64,000 bases of DNA. It comes from Verrucomicrobia subdivision 3 bacterium UBA693. GTDB taxonomy: Bacteria; Verrucomicrobiota; Verrucomicrobiia; Limisphaerales; UBA8199. This document shows positions 1-12,028 of this stretch, piece after piece. The DNA is taken from assembly GCA_002298785.1 (NCBI GenBank), contig DBMR01000052.1:3513-67512 (forward strand), read 5' to 3'. A model generated the notes under the pieces. The model worked only from the letters and a program-made list of their open reading frames with translations. It was not told the origin of the DNA and did no database searches. A program made the position numbers and the translations under genes. Each line of letters starts with the position of its first letter. Position 1 is the stretch's first letter.

Positions 1-5
1 AGGTT

Positions 6-584
6 ATGAAAAGAGTCGTCGCAGCTTTCGGAACCGAATTCGGCAAAATGCCGTGGGTAGCCAAGTCAGCTACCCCGAGCGGCACCAAACAGCCATCGCT
101 GATCGCGCAACTGACTCAGTGCCTCTTTGTCGCTTCAGTAGCCGTCCTGAGTTACCTGGTCATCACCCATTACTGCCTGCAGACGGTGCAGGTGGTTGGC
201 CGCAGCATGGCGCCCACTTTGGAAAATGCGCGCGTCTACATGCTGAACCGATTGGTTTACGTCCTGCACGCTCCCCAACCCTCGGACATCGTTGTGCTGC
301 GTGATCCGGACGAACAAGGCTTTTCCGTAAAACGCGTCATAGCTCGTGCAGGCGACCTGGTCACGATTCGGAGCGGCAAGGTTTTTTTGAACAATCAGCC
401 GTTGTCGGAACCTTACCTGCCTGCCGGCACTCCCACCTATCCCTACAGCCAGGCGCATGAGCAGACCTTCCGGCTCAGTCAAAACGAATTCTTCGTGCTA
501 GGTGACAATCGGATGAATTCCGCCGACAGCCGCACCTACGGACCGGTTACGCGGGATCACATTCTTGGGCGCGTAGTTCATTGA
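6..584 (+). CDS. lepB: Signal peptidase I (S26)
   Basis: One TM segment, catalytic Ser box GRSMAPTL, Lys box SVKRVIA, box E GDNRMNSADSR. The start is near the window edge and uncertain. Confidence 0.93.
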   Translation: MKRVVAAFGTEFGKMPWVAKSATPSGTKQPSLIAQLTQCLFVASVAVLSYLVITHYCLQTVQVVGRSMAPTLENARVYMLNRLVYVLHAPQPSDIVVLRDPDEQGFSVKRVIARAGDLVTIRSGKVFLNNQPLSEPYLPAGTPTYPYSQAHEQTFRLSQNEFFVLGDNRMNSADSRTYGPVTRDHILGRVVH

Positions 585-618
585 TGGCGGCACTTCCTTG
601 CTTGTGTTCTGACGCGGC

Positions 619-1725
619 ATGGATATGCTGTCAACCATGATCAGGCAATCGTTTGACGCAGCCAAATCCGAAAGGATCTCCATGCTGGGCCGCAAGGTGC
701 TCTCCGGTGGGGCTTTAGACCGTGATGAGGCGCTTTTTTTGTTCGAACTCGAGGACAGCGCGGAAATCTATGAGCTGATGGCGTGGGCCAACCGAGTCCG
801 GGAGCATTTCAAGGGGAACAAAATCCATCTTTGCTCCATCGTAAACATCAAAGCCGGAGCGTGTTCGGAGAATTGCCGTTTTTGCGCGCAATCCGCCGCC
901 TATGATACCGGCTCTCCGCGGTATAGCCTGATAGACCCAGAGCCGATTCGCGCGGCTGAGGATGAAGCGCTGGCGAACAACGTGACCGGCCTGGGGCTCG
1001 TGGCGGCCTGGCGAGGCCTCGAGGAGGGGCCGATACTTGATGACTTGTGCCGCCGTTTCGAGGAGATGAAGAAGAATGGCAAAGCCCGGCCGGACGCTTC
1101 CTTGGGAATTATCCGTAATCCGGCTGTGGCTCGACGTCTGGCCGATGCGGGTGTTCAGTGTTATAACCATAACTTGGAGACTTCTCGGCGCTTCTTTCCA
1201 GAGATTTGCACCACGCACACTTATGAGGAGCGGGTGAACACGATTCGTTATTTGCAGGACGTGGGCATTAAAATCTGTTCTGGCGGGATTCTGGGCATGG
1301 GTGAAACCCGGGCAGACCGTTGTGAGTTGGCTTTTTCCATCAAGGAGATTGGGGCGACTTTCGTGCCGATTAATGTTCTCAATCCTATCCCGGGCACGCC
1401 CATGGAGAAAAATGAGCCGCTGCCGCCGTTGGAGGTGCTCAAAACTATCGCCTGCTTCCGTCTGATTCTGCCGACGCAGGAGATTATGCTCGCGGGCGGA
1501 CGCGTGGTGAACCTGCGTGATTTGCAGAGCATGGTGTTTATGGCGGGTGCCAGCGCCCTGATGGTGGGTAATTATCTGACCACCGTGAACCAACCCGTCG
1601 AGAAGGATCTGCAGATGCTCAAGGACTTGAAGCTCGATCCTGATTGGTCTGGGCATGGCGAAAAAACCAGGGAATCGTCGGCATGCGGTTCCTGCTCGCC
1701 CGAGCCGGACGAAGTGCTAGTCTGA
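619..1725 (+). CDS. bioB: Biotin synthase (radical SAM) with non-classical auxiliary-cluster ligands
   Basis: CSENCRFC radical SAM motif, YNHNLETS, ICSGGILGMGE, VPINVLNPIPGTP and GNYLTT BioB motifs. Confidence 0.92.
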   Translation: MDMLSTMIRQSFDAAKSERISMLGRKVLSGGALDRDEALFLFELEDSAEIYELMAWANRVREHFKGNKIHLCSIVNIKAGACSENCRFCAQSAAYDTGSPRYSLIDPEPIRAAEDEALANNVTGLGLVAAWRGLEEGPILDDLCRRFEEMKKNGKARPDASLGIIRNPAVARRLADAGVQCYNHNLETSRRFFPEICTTHTYEERVNTIRYLQDVGIKICSGGILGMGETRADRCELAFSIKEIGATFVPINVLNPIPGTPMEKNEPLPPLEVLKTIACFRLILPTQEIMLAGGRVVNLRDLQSMVFMAGASALMVGNYLTTVNQPVEKDLQMLKDLKLDPDWSGHGEKTRESSACGSCSPEPDEVLV

Positions 1726-2510
1726 TGAAGAAACCGCCCCAACGCCTGGGCAGGAATCACGGCGGGTACTTCGGCGAAGGCATCGATATTCACGAGGTAT
1801 TGTCGGAAGTGCAGGACGCCGCTGCGGGGCACGGTTGGGAGGTCGAATCTTTCCTGGACCATTCGGGGCATCATCATCTAGGCCTGAGACGCGCTGCTGC
1901 GCACCCGCGGAAGTCCGTTTATTTGTCCGCCGGAATTCATGGCGACGAACCCGCCGGGCCGTTGGCGGTCGCCAAATTGCTTCGTGAAGAGCTATGGCCG
2001 GAAGCGGTCTCACTTTGGGTCTGTCCGTGCCTGAATCCACAGGCCTTCAAAACCAACCGGCGCGAAAACGCCGCCGGATTGGATCTCAATCGCCAGTATC
2101 GCAATCCCTCAGCAGCGGAAATCGCGGCGCATATCGAATGGCTCGAACGTCAGCCGGGCTTTGACCTTGCACTATGTCTGCACGAGGACTGGGAATCGCA
2201 CGGGTTTTACGTCTATGAACTGAACCCTGACCACCAGGAATCATTGGCTGAGGCCATGGTGGAGCGGATCAGCAGTGTTTGTCCCGTGGACGGTTCGGAA
2301 TTGATCGAAGGACGACCGGCCCGGAATGGCATTATCCGGCCAGTGACGGATCCTCGTGCGCGTCCCGACTGGCCGGAGGCGTTTTATTTGCTGACCCACA
2401 AAACCAGGCTTTGCTATACGCTGGAAGCTCCTTCGGATTTTCCGCTGAGCACACGCGTGTCTGCGCTGGTGGAGGGTGTGCGCGCGGCGCTGGAGAGAAT
2501 CTGTCGCTAA
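1725..2510 (+). CDS. M14-family zinc carboxypeptidase / succinylglutamate desuccinylase-like protein
   Basis: AGIHGDEPAG (HxxE), NRRENAAGLDLNR, LCLHED, YTLEAP. ATG 1725 overlaps the bioB stop (TGATG), so I prefer it to the track start at 1644. Confidence 0.85.
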   Translation: MKKPPQRLGRNHGGYFGEGIDIHEVLSEVQDAAAGHGWEVESFLDHSGHHHLGLRRAAAHPRKSVYLSAGIHGDEPAGPLAVAKLLREELWPEAVSLWVCPCLNPQAFKTNRRENAAGLDLNRQYRNPSAAEIAAHIEWLERQPGFDLALCLHEDWESHGFYVYELNPDHQESLAEAMVERISSVCPVDGSELIEGRPARNGIIRPVTDPRARPDWPEAFYLLTHKTRLCYTLEAPSDFPLSTRVSALVEGVRAALERICR

Positions 2511-2535
2511 GCCCTGGCGGCGAACCGCCCCCGGT

Positions 2536-2982
2536 CTAAGGCAAAGGGCCGGTATTGCGCCGATCCATCCAGGATTGGCCCAGCGTGGTCAGTGTCTTGC
2601 TCTTGAGTACGCGCTCGGCCATGGGGAAAACGATGCGTTCTTCTTTGTGGAAGTGTTTTCGGGAATGATTGATGGCCGCCAGGAGCAACTCGCGGGCCTC
2701 GCCTACTCGCTTCGCCTCCTGGACCCGTTGTAGAGTGCCGTCCATTTCCTGATGTTCCTTCAAGAAACCGTCCCGCTGACCAATCTGCTCAAAACAGTGC
2801 TCCAAGGGGCCGATAAAAAGTTCATCCTCATGGTCCGAATGTGCCTTGAGCAGGGATTCAACCAACCCGGCCATGAGTTTTAGCTCGCCCAGAGTTTTAA
2901 CTTCGGGCGCCTTTGCCTCGATGTAATTGAACATGTTGTGGAACACCAGGTGTTCCGCCATCAGTACTTCAGTAATTTTCAT
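2536..2982 (-). CDS. Hemerythrin/HHE domain protein
   Basis: LMAEH, HSDHEDELF, EHQEM and HFHKEERIVFPMA di-iron motifs. Start taken at MKITEVL. Confidence 0.85.
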   Translation of the reverse strand: MKITEVLMAEHLVFHNMFNYIEAKAPEVKTLGELKLMAGLVESLLKAHSDHEDELFIGPLEHCFEQIGQRDGFLKEHQEMDGTLQRVQEAKRVGEARELLLAAINHSRKHFHKEERIVFPMAERVLKSKTLTTLGQSWMDRRNTGPLP

Positions 2983-3096
2983 GGCCGCTGGGCTGCTTTG
3001 CTCTATTGATACCAAATGATGGGCTTGCTCGCCACGCATTTATTGTCCGCCGCCAGCATTTAGGAGTTGGCGACGGACCGGATAGGCACCCCGTCC

Positions 3097-6018
3097 TCAG
3101 GTGGTATAAGCCTCCATTCCCGCGCAGGAACAGACGAGATTGCGGTCGCCGAAAACATTGTCGATTCGGCCGCAAGCCGGCCAGAACTTATGTTCCTTTA
3201 ACCAGGGAGCCGGAAAACAGGCCTGCTCGCGGCTATAAGGACGGTCCCAGGAATCGGCCATAGCCACGTCGGCGGTGTGCGGAGCTCCTTTGAGCGGGTT
3301 ACGTAGTTTGTCGCTCTGTCCGTTTTCGATGGCGGTGATTTCACCGTGGATGCTGATCATGGTATCGCAAAAGCGATCCAATTCCGCTTTGGACTCGCTT
3401 TCGGTCGGCTCAACCATGACGGTGCCCGCCACGGGCCAGGAAACCGTCGGGGCATGGAAACCATAATCCATCAAGCGTTTCGCGACATCTTCGACCGTGA
3501 CCGACTTGAATTGGCGCAGGTCGAGAATGCACTCGTGGGCCACCAGGTTTTTGGAGCCGCGATAGAGAACGGGGAAGTATTTCTCGAGCCGGCGGGCGAT
3601 GTAATTGGCATTGAGAATGGCGTAGCGAGTGGCCTGGGTGAGCCCTTCCGCACCCATGGCCGCAATGTAGACCCAGGAAATGGGGAGGATGCTGGCACTG
3701 CCCCAAGTGGCGGCTGACACGGCGCCATTGCTCCGCCCGCTGGTGGGCGGCACCACCGCATGGCCGGGGAGGAACTTCACCAGGTGCTCCGCGACGCCGA
3801 TTGGTCCCATGCCTGGGCCGCCACCGCCATGGGGGATGCAGAAGGTTTTGTGCAGGTTCAAATGGCACATGTCCGCTCCGATATCGCCAGGGCGGCACAG
3901 CCCAACCTGGGCGTTGAGATTTGCCCCGTCCATATAAACCTGGCCGCCATGGGCATGGATGATGGCGCAGATATCGCGAATGGTCTCCTCGAACACGCCG
4001 TGGGTTGAAGGGTAGGTGACCATCAGGGCCGCGAGTTCCTGGGCGTGCGCTTTGGCTTTCGCCTCGAGATCCGCCACATTGATGTTGCCTTGCTGATCAC
4101 ACGCCACGGCCACGACCGTAAGTCCCGCCATGACCGCGCTGGCAGGATTGGTGCCGTGGGCGGAGGTGGGAATCAGGCAGACTTTTCGATGCGCCTCGCC
4201 GCGGGCCTGGTGATACGCTCGAATAACAAGCAGCCCGGCATATTCCCCCTGTGAACCGGCATTGGGTTGGAGCGAAATTCCCTTGAACCCCGTGATTTCC
4301 GCCAGCCACTTTTCCAGATTCGCGAAAAGTTCCTGGTAACCCTGCGCCTGCTCGACGGGTGCGAACGGGTGCAACCGCCCGAACTCCGGCCAGGTAATCG
4401 GCAGCATCTCGGCCGCCGCGTTCAACTTCATGGTGCAAGATCCAAGCGGGATCATCGAGGTAGTCAGGGAGAGGTCCCGCGATTCCAATCGTTTCAAATA
4501 TCGGAGCATCTCGGTCTCTGAATGATAACGATTGAAAACCGGGTGGGTCAAAAACGGCGTCGTGCGCGCGTGGAGTTCCGGCAACGGCGAGAGGGCTTCC
4601 GCCTCGATTTCAGTAACGGTAAAGGCAGGTTTCCGTCCCTCATTGAAGGCGATCCAGAGATCGAGCAGGTCATTGGTCCCGGTGGTTTCGTCGAGTGAAA
4701 TACCGGCAGTGAGATCGTTGATCCATCGGACGTTAATCTTCACCGCCTGCAGTTGCTTCACCAGGGCGTCCTTCTTTCCGGGTGAAATCGAAACCTGGAG
4801 AGTATCGAACCCTGGCGGCGCGACCTTTTGGCCGAGCCGCGCCAAGCCCGTGGCGAGGATCTGAGCCAGGCCGCGGATCCGTTCGGCGATCGCCTTAAGC
4901 CCCGCCGGCCCGTGATAACAGGCATACAGCGCGGCGATATTTGCCAGCAAGGCCTGCGCTGTGCAGATGTTGCTGGTGGCTTTCTCGCGGCGGATGTGCT
5001 GCTCCCGGGTTTGCAGCGACAGACGCAGCGCGGGCCGGCCACGGGAATCTTTGGAGACACCGACGATCCGTCCCGGCATGTGGCGTTTGTATTCGTCCCT
5101 GGTGGCAAAAAATGCGGCATGCGGACCGCCATACCCCAAGGGGACGCCAAATCGTTGGGCGCTACCCAGCGCGATGTCCGCGCCAAACTCGCCAGGCGGT
5201 TTGAGCAAGGTGAGGCTCAATAGGTCGGCCGCCACGGCCACCAGAATACCTGCGGCATGGGCTTGCTTTATGAAATCGGCATAATCCCAAACCTCGCCGG
5301 TGGTGGCCGGGTATTGGACCAGGGCGCCAAAGAACTTCTCGGTAAGTGCGACGGATTGATGGTCACCCACGACCACTTCGATCCCGAGGGCGGCGGCGCG
5401 CGTCTGCACCACATCGACGATCTGTGGATGGCAGGCCTGCGAAACGAAAAAGCTGGAGCGCGTAGGCTTCAGACCATGGCACATGGTCATGGCTTCTGCG
5501 GCGGCCGTAGCCTCATCGAGCAGGGAGGCATTGGCCACCGGGAGTCCGGTCAAATCCATAACCATGGTTTGGAAATTGAGCAGTGCCTCCAAACGGCCCT
5601 GGGCAATTTCAGCCTGGTAGGGGGTGTATTGGGTGTACCAGCCCGGGTTTTCGAGAATATTCCGCTGAAGCACCGGCGGGGTGACGCAGTCGGAGTAGCC
5701 CATCCCAAGGTAGGAGCGCCAAACCTGGTTCCGTGAGGCAATCTGGCGCAAGGCGGCCAGTGTCTCGAACTCGCTCCGGGCAGGCGGCAAATCGAGCGGG
5801 CGCCGGAGCCGGATGCTGGCAGGAACGGTGTCCGCGATGAAACCAGCCAGATCCTGGTAGCCAATCAGGGCGAGCATTTCCCGGGTTTGCTCCGGGTTAG
5901 GGCCGATATGGCGGCTCGCGAAAGGGGTGGCGGCGGGCAGCCGGTGTGCGATAGGAGCGGTCCCACCATTGCCTTCAGGGGGCCGGTGGCCAACTTGATT
6001 CTCAGCGGTAACTGACAT
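3097..6018 (-). CDS. gcvP: Glycine dehydrogenase (glycine cleavage system P protein)
   Basis: [44 protein letters not shown] lysine in [26 protein letters not shown] 6018 has TAATTT 7 nt upstream. Confidence 0.97.
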   Translation of the reverse strand: MSVTAENQVGHRPPEGNGGTAPIAHRLPAATPFASRHIGPNPEQTREMLALIGYQDLAGFIADTVPASIRLRRPLDLPPARSEFETLAALRQIASRNQVWRSYLGMGYSDCVTPPVLQRNILENPGWYTQYTPYQAEIAQGRLEALLNFQTMVMDLTGLPVANASLLDEATAAAEAMTMCHGLKPTRSSFFVSQACHPQIVDVVQTRAAALGIEVVVGDHQSVALTEKFFGALVQYPATTGEVWDYADFIKQAHAAGILVAVAADLLSLTLLKPPGEFGADIALGSAQRFGVPLGYGGPHAAFFATRDEYKRHMPGRIVGVSKDSRGRPALRLSLQTREQHIRREKATSNICTAQALLANIAALYACYHGPAGLKAIAERIRGLAQILATGLARLGQKVAPPGFDTLQVSISPGKKDALVKQLQAVKINVRWINDLTAGISLDETTGTNDLLDLWIAFNEGRKPAFTVTEIEAEALSPLPELHARTTPFLTHPVFNRYHSETEMLRYLKRLESRDLSLTTSMIPLGSCTMKLNAAAEMLPITWPEFGRLHPFAPVEQAQGYQELFANLEKWLAEITGFKGISLQPNAGSQGEYAGLLVIRAYHQARGEAHRKVCLIPTSAHGTNPASAVMAGLTVVAVACDQQGNINVADLEAKAKAHAQELAALMVTYPSTHGVFEETIRDICAIIHAHGGQVYMDGANLNAQVGLCRPGDIGADMCHLNLHKTFCIPHGGGGPGMGPIGVAEHLVKFLPGHAVVPPTSGRSNGAVSAATWGSASILPISWVYIAAMGAEGLTQATRYAILNANYIARRLEKYFPVLYRGSKNLVAHECILDLRQFKSVTVEDVAKRLMDYGFHAPTVSWPVAGTVMVEPTESESKAELDRFCDTMISIHGEITAIENGQSDKLRNPLKGAPHTADVAMADSWDRPYSREQACFPAPWLKEHKFWPACGRIDNVFGDRNLVCSCAGMEAYTT

Positions 6019-6133
6019 TCGGGGGAAATTAAGGCTCGTCCAACCCAATGCAAGCGCCTTTCGCGTTTCCGGTTTCCCCAATTTGGGGGATTTATTTTCT
6101 GGTTTCAGCCTGCCGCCGTCTTAAATTGGGGGT

Positions 6134-6757
6134 GTGAATCGGCGGTGGAAACCCATTTTATTTTCAGCCCTGGCCATTGCGGTGGTCTGGGGTTTGGCCA
6201 TGGCCGGCTTTGCCCTGGCCAGGAATACTCGGATGACGGTCGAGAAACTCAACGCCTATGTGCATGATGTGGACCTGGCGAAACTCAGCCCGGCGGACCG
6301 GGCCCGTGCGCTGAAACGGCTGGCTGACAAAATGAACGCCTTGCCCCCGGAGGAACGCCGGCGCGCGCGCATCGAACGATCGGCCATGCGGTGGTTCGAG
6401 CAAATGACTGAGGACGAAAAAGGGGAATTTATCGAAGCCACCATGCCGACAGGATTCAAGCAGATGCTCAGTTCCTTTGAGCAACTGCCCGATGACAAGC
6501 GGCGTCGGGCCGTTGATGACGCGTTGCGCCGGTTGCGGGCCGCCCAGACACAAATACAAAGCGGCGCGGTTCCCCCGGATGGTGTTGGCGGCACCAATGC
6601 AGGCCCGGTGTTGAGCGACGAATTGCAGGCTAAAGTCCGTACGATCGGTCTCAAAACCTTTTACAGCCAAAGCTCGGCGCAAACCAAAGCCGAACTCGCC
6701 CCGGTGCTGGAGGAGTTGCAGCGCGTCATGGAGAGCGGACGGCCTTTCCATCGATGA
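6134..6757 (+). CDS. Hypothetical membrane-anchored helical protein
   Basis: Basic N-terminus plus TM helix, then a charged helical domain. Its stop overlaps the next start (ATGA). Confidence 0.8.
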   Translation: MNRRWKPILFSALAIAVVWGLAMAGFALARNTRMTVEKLNAYVHDVDLAKLSPADRARALKRLADKMNALPPEERRRARIERSAMRWFEQMTEDEKGEFIEATMPTGFKQMLSSFEQLPDDKRRRAVDDALRRLRAAQTQIQSGAVPPDGVGGTNAGPVLSDELQAKVRTIGLKTFYSQSSAQTKAELAPVLEELQRVMESGRPFHR

Positions 6758-7371
6758 CCGACAGTGCTCGCAATCTCCCTCGAGTTGACCGGCCCGGGCC
6801 GGCTTTCACGCTGATTGAGTTGCTGGTGGTCCTCGCGATCATCACCATCCTGGCGGGGTTGTTGTTGCCCGCTGTAGCCCGAGCCCGCGAAGCGGCCAAA
6901 GGGGCGGCTTGTCTCAGTAATCTGCGGCAGGTTGGGGTGGCCATTCAGTTGTATGTGCAGGATAATGCTAACCGGCTCCCGTTTATGCGCGACCGGGTCC
7001 CGACCAATTCTACCGAGGTCCCTCCCACGCAGGATCCTCCCCTCGTCACCTCCAACACGTTGCCATCCCCCGATGTGGTGTTGGCCCATTACCTGGGCAA
7101 TGTTCGCGTCCTGAAATGCCCTTCGGACCAGGAACAGCTTTTTGAGAATACTGGCTCCAGCTATTCCTGGAACAGCCTGCTCAATGGGCAGGACGCCGAG
7201 CATCTATCGGCGTTCGAGATCCAGTTTGCCCCGCACCAGATACCACTGATGTTTGACAAGGAGAAATTTCACAAAGCTCGCGGCGAGGCGAAGGCGCAAA
7301 ACTTTTTGTACGCCGACGGGCACATCAAAAATCTGCTGGCGATCGAGGGAACGATTCAAAAAAGCAAGTGA
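6754..7371 (+). CDS. Prepilin-type N-terminal cleavage/methylation protein (DUF1559 / H-X9-DG-like)
   Basis: A|[42 protein letters not shown] and C-terminal H..NFLYADGH. Confidence 0.9.
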   Translation: MTDSARNLPRVDRPGPAFTLIELLVVLAIITILAGLLLPAVARAREAAKGAACLSNLRQVGVAIQLYVQDNANRLPFMRDRVPTNSTEVPPTQDPPLVTSNTLPSPDVVLAHYLGNVRVLKCPSDQEQLFENTGSSYSWNSLLNGQDAEHLSAFEIQFAPHQIPLMFDKEKFHKARGEAKAQNFLYADGHIKNLLAIEGTIQKSK

Positions 7372-8303
7372 TCGAACTGGAAAATGTCAGTAAGCAGTTT
7401 GGCGCCCAACTCGCGGTGGATCGCCTAAGCGTGCAGGTGCCCGCCGGAGAGATTTACGGGTTGCTGGGTCGCAATGGCGCCGGGAAGAGCACGGCGATTG
7501 GCATGATGCTTGGCCAGGTATGGCCCACGTCAGGCAACCTGCGGGTCTGTGGTCATTGCGTCCTTTCAGAGCGGCACCTGGCTTTGCGCAAGGTCGGAGC
7601 CATTTTTGAGAGCCCCGCCTTTTACGATTATTTGTCCGGCTATCGCAACCTGCAGATTTTGAGTGCTTACACTGCCCGCACCGATGCTCGGCGCATACGG
7701 GAGGTGGTGGATTGGGTTGGGTTGGGCAGCCGAGCGCATTCGAAAGTGCGCACTTACTCGCATGGGATGCGGGCGCGGTTGGCACTGGCCCAGGCGCTGC
7801 TGCCAAATCCCGAGTTGCTGATTCTCGATGAGCCCAGCGACGGACTGGATCCGGAGGGTATCCACGAAATGCGCCTGACGATTCTGCGTCTGCACCGGGA
7901 GTTGGGGTTGACCATCCTGTTGTCCTCCCACTTGCTCAACGAAGTGGAGCAGCTTTGCACCCGAATATGTGTCCTGAACCAGGGGGCTAAAATTTTCGAG
8001 GGCAACCTCGCGGAAACGCGCCGGAATGGGAAATGGGTGCGTTTGAAAACCACCGATTGGGATCAGGCGACGCGTCAGTTGGCGGAGCAGGGGTTGATTT
8101 CGACGCATCGGGAGCGGCGCCTGGTTGCCCTGGCCGACGGGGTGGACATTCCGCGAATTGTGCGCGCCCTGGTTGCTTCGGGCATGGAGGTCCATGAAAT
8201 TACCCCGGAGGAGGAATCCCTGGAGACGTTTTATCTAAACCTCATGGACCGTGGCGGCGCTGCTTCCACCCATCCCACAAGTTCGCCAAGCCCATCATCC
8301 TGA
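7368..8303 (+). CDS. ABC transporter ATP-binding protein (BcrA/CcmA-like exporter class)
   Basis: Walker [10 protein letters not shown], signature YSHGM, Walker B LLILDEP, switch SSH. Confidence 0.95.
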   Translation: MIELENVSKQFGAQLAVDRLSVQVPAGEIYGLLGRNGAGKSTAIGMMLGQVWPTSGNLRVCGHCVLSERHLALRKVGAIFESPAFYDYLSGYRNLQILSAYTARTDARRIREVVDWVGLGSRAHSKVRTYSHGMRARLALAQALLPNPELLILDEPSDGLDPEGIHEMRLTILRLHRELGLTILLSSHLLNEVEQLCTRICVLNQGAKIFEGNLAETRRNGKWVRLKTTDWDQATRQLAEQGLISTHRERRLVALADGVDIPRIVRALVASGMEVHEITPEEESLETFYLNLMDRGGAASTHPTSSPSPSS

Positions 8304-8304
8304 C

Positions 8305-9141
8305 ATGTTCTGCCAGCACCTCACTAACGAACTCTGGAAGCTGTTCGGCAAGAAGCGAACCTATATCGGTTTTGGCGCCTTCCTGTTGGCGCAAAACGCC
8401 ATGCTGCTCGCCTTTCGCTTTACGCGCTGGAAATCGGATTTGGAGCGCATGCTCGATGGCAATGGCTACCTGGCGCAGGATTACGTTTCGTCGCTCACAG
8501 TGGCGGTGATTATGCTCATTCCCCAGGTGATCCTGTTATTGCCCCTTTACACGGCGTTGGTCGGAGGCGACCTGGTTGCCAAAGAAGCCGAGGACGGCAC
8601 GTTGCGCATGATCCTGGCTCGGCCCGTGTCACGTTTTCGGTTGCTCCTCGTCAAATGGTTGGCGGGCCTGATTTTCTCCGCGGCCCTGGTGGCGGTGTTG
8701 GGGGGCACGGCGTTGCTTTTCGCGAGTTTCTGGTTTCCCTGGAAAGGGATGTTTGTCTTCGCCCCCGGCATGGTGTTCAACGTGCTGAGCGCCGGTGATG
8801 GGTTGCGATTATACATTTGCTCGCAGCTTTTCATCACGGTCAACGCCAGCATAATTCTGGCGCTGGCCTTCATGTTTTCCTGCTTCAACATGAAGCCCGC
8901 TGCCGCCACGATTCTCGCCCTTTCTTACCTCTTCGTGAACCTGGTCATGGAAGGCATACCGTTCTTCGAGCGGTTCCAGGATTTTCTCCTGCCGCACCAC
9001 TTTCGGATGTGGCTCCTGATCTACTCTCAGCCTACTCCGTGGGCTCGCATCGCGGAGTCATTTTGTGTTCTGGTAGCCTTCAATCTCACTGCCTTTCTGA
9101 TTGGCGCCGCCGCGTTCCAGGTTCGTGATATCAAATCCTGA
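8305..9141 (+). CDS. ABC-2 type transporter permease
   Basis: About 6 TM helices and the AKEAEDGTLRMILARPVSR motif. ATG lies 1 nt after the ATPase stop. Confidence 0.9.
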   Translation: MFCQHLTNELWKLFGKKRTYIGFGAFLLAQNAMLLAFRFTRWKSDLERMLDGNGYLAQDYVSSLTVAVIMLIPQVILLLPLYTALVGGDLVAKEAEDGTLRMILARPVSRFRLLLVKWLAGLIFSAALVAVLGGTALLFASFWFPWKGMFVFAPGMVFNVLSAGDGLRLYICSQLFITVNASIILALAFMFSCFNMKPAAATILALSYLFVNLVMEGIPFFERFQDFLLPHHFRMWLLIYSQPTPWARIAESFCVLVAFNLTAFLIGAAAFQVRDIKS

Positions 9142-9313
9142 TATAAACATCTAATTATCAGGTTATTATAGATGTACCAGGGTCTGGGGTTCCCTCCATA
9201 GTCGCCACCTCATCGAATGCAGCAGCCCTTTGAGGTGCTCATAACCCTATATGTTTGGGCGTCCATGCGGTAAAACCCCAACAAATTGTGGTTTTCGTGG
9301 TCAATTTATCTGA

Positions 9314-11914
<2,601 letters not shown>

Positions 11915-12028
11915 TCGCCGCATGGCTTTGAAGCAAGAAATCGCGAGTGGAGTGAAGACGGACCCCGCCGGCTGCACCGGCCTCCCGCGCTGAACGCGTG
12001 CTCATAAAATTTGACCTGACTGACTACT

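Noticed and set aside
715-1656. Long antisense ORFs, e.g. 715..1656, 10100..11302, 12533..13477, 41827..42885, 47441..48496
   Set aside because: Shadow ORFs opposite well-supported genes, expected at high GC.
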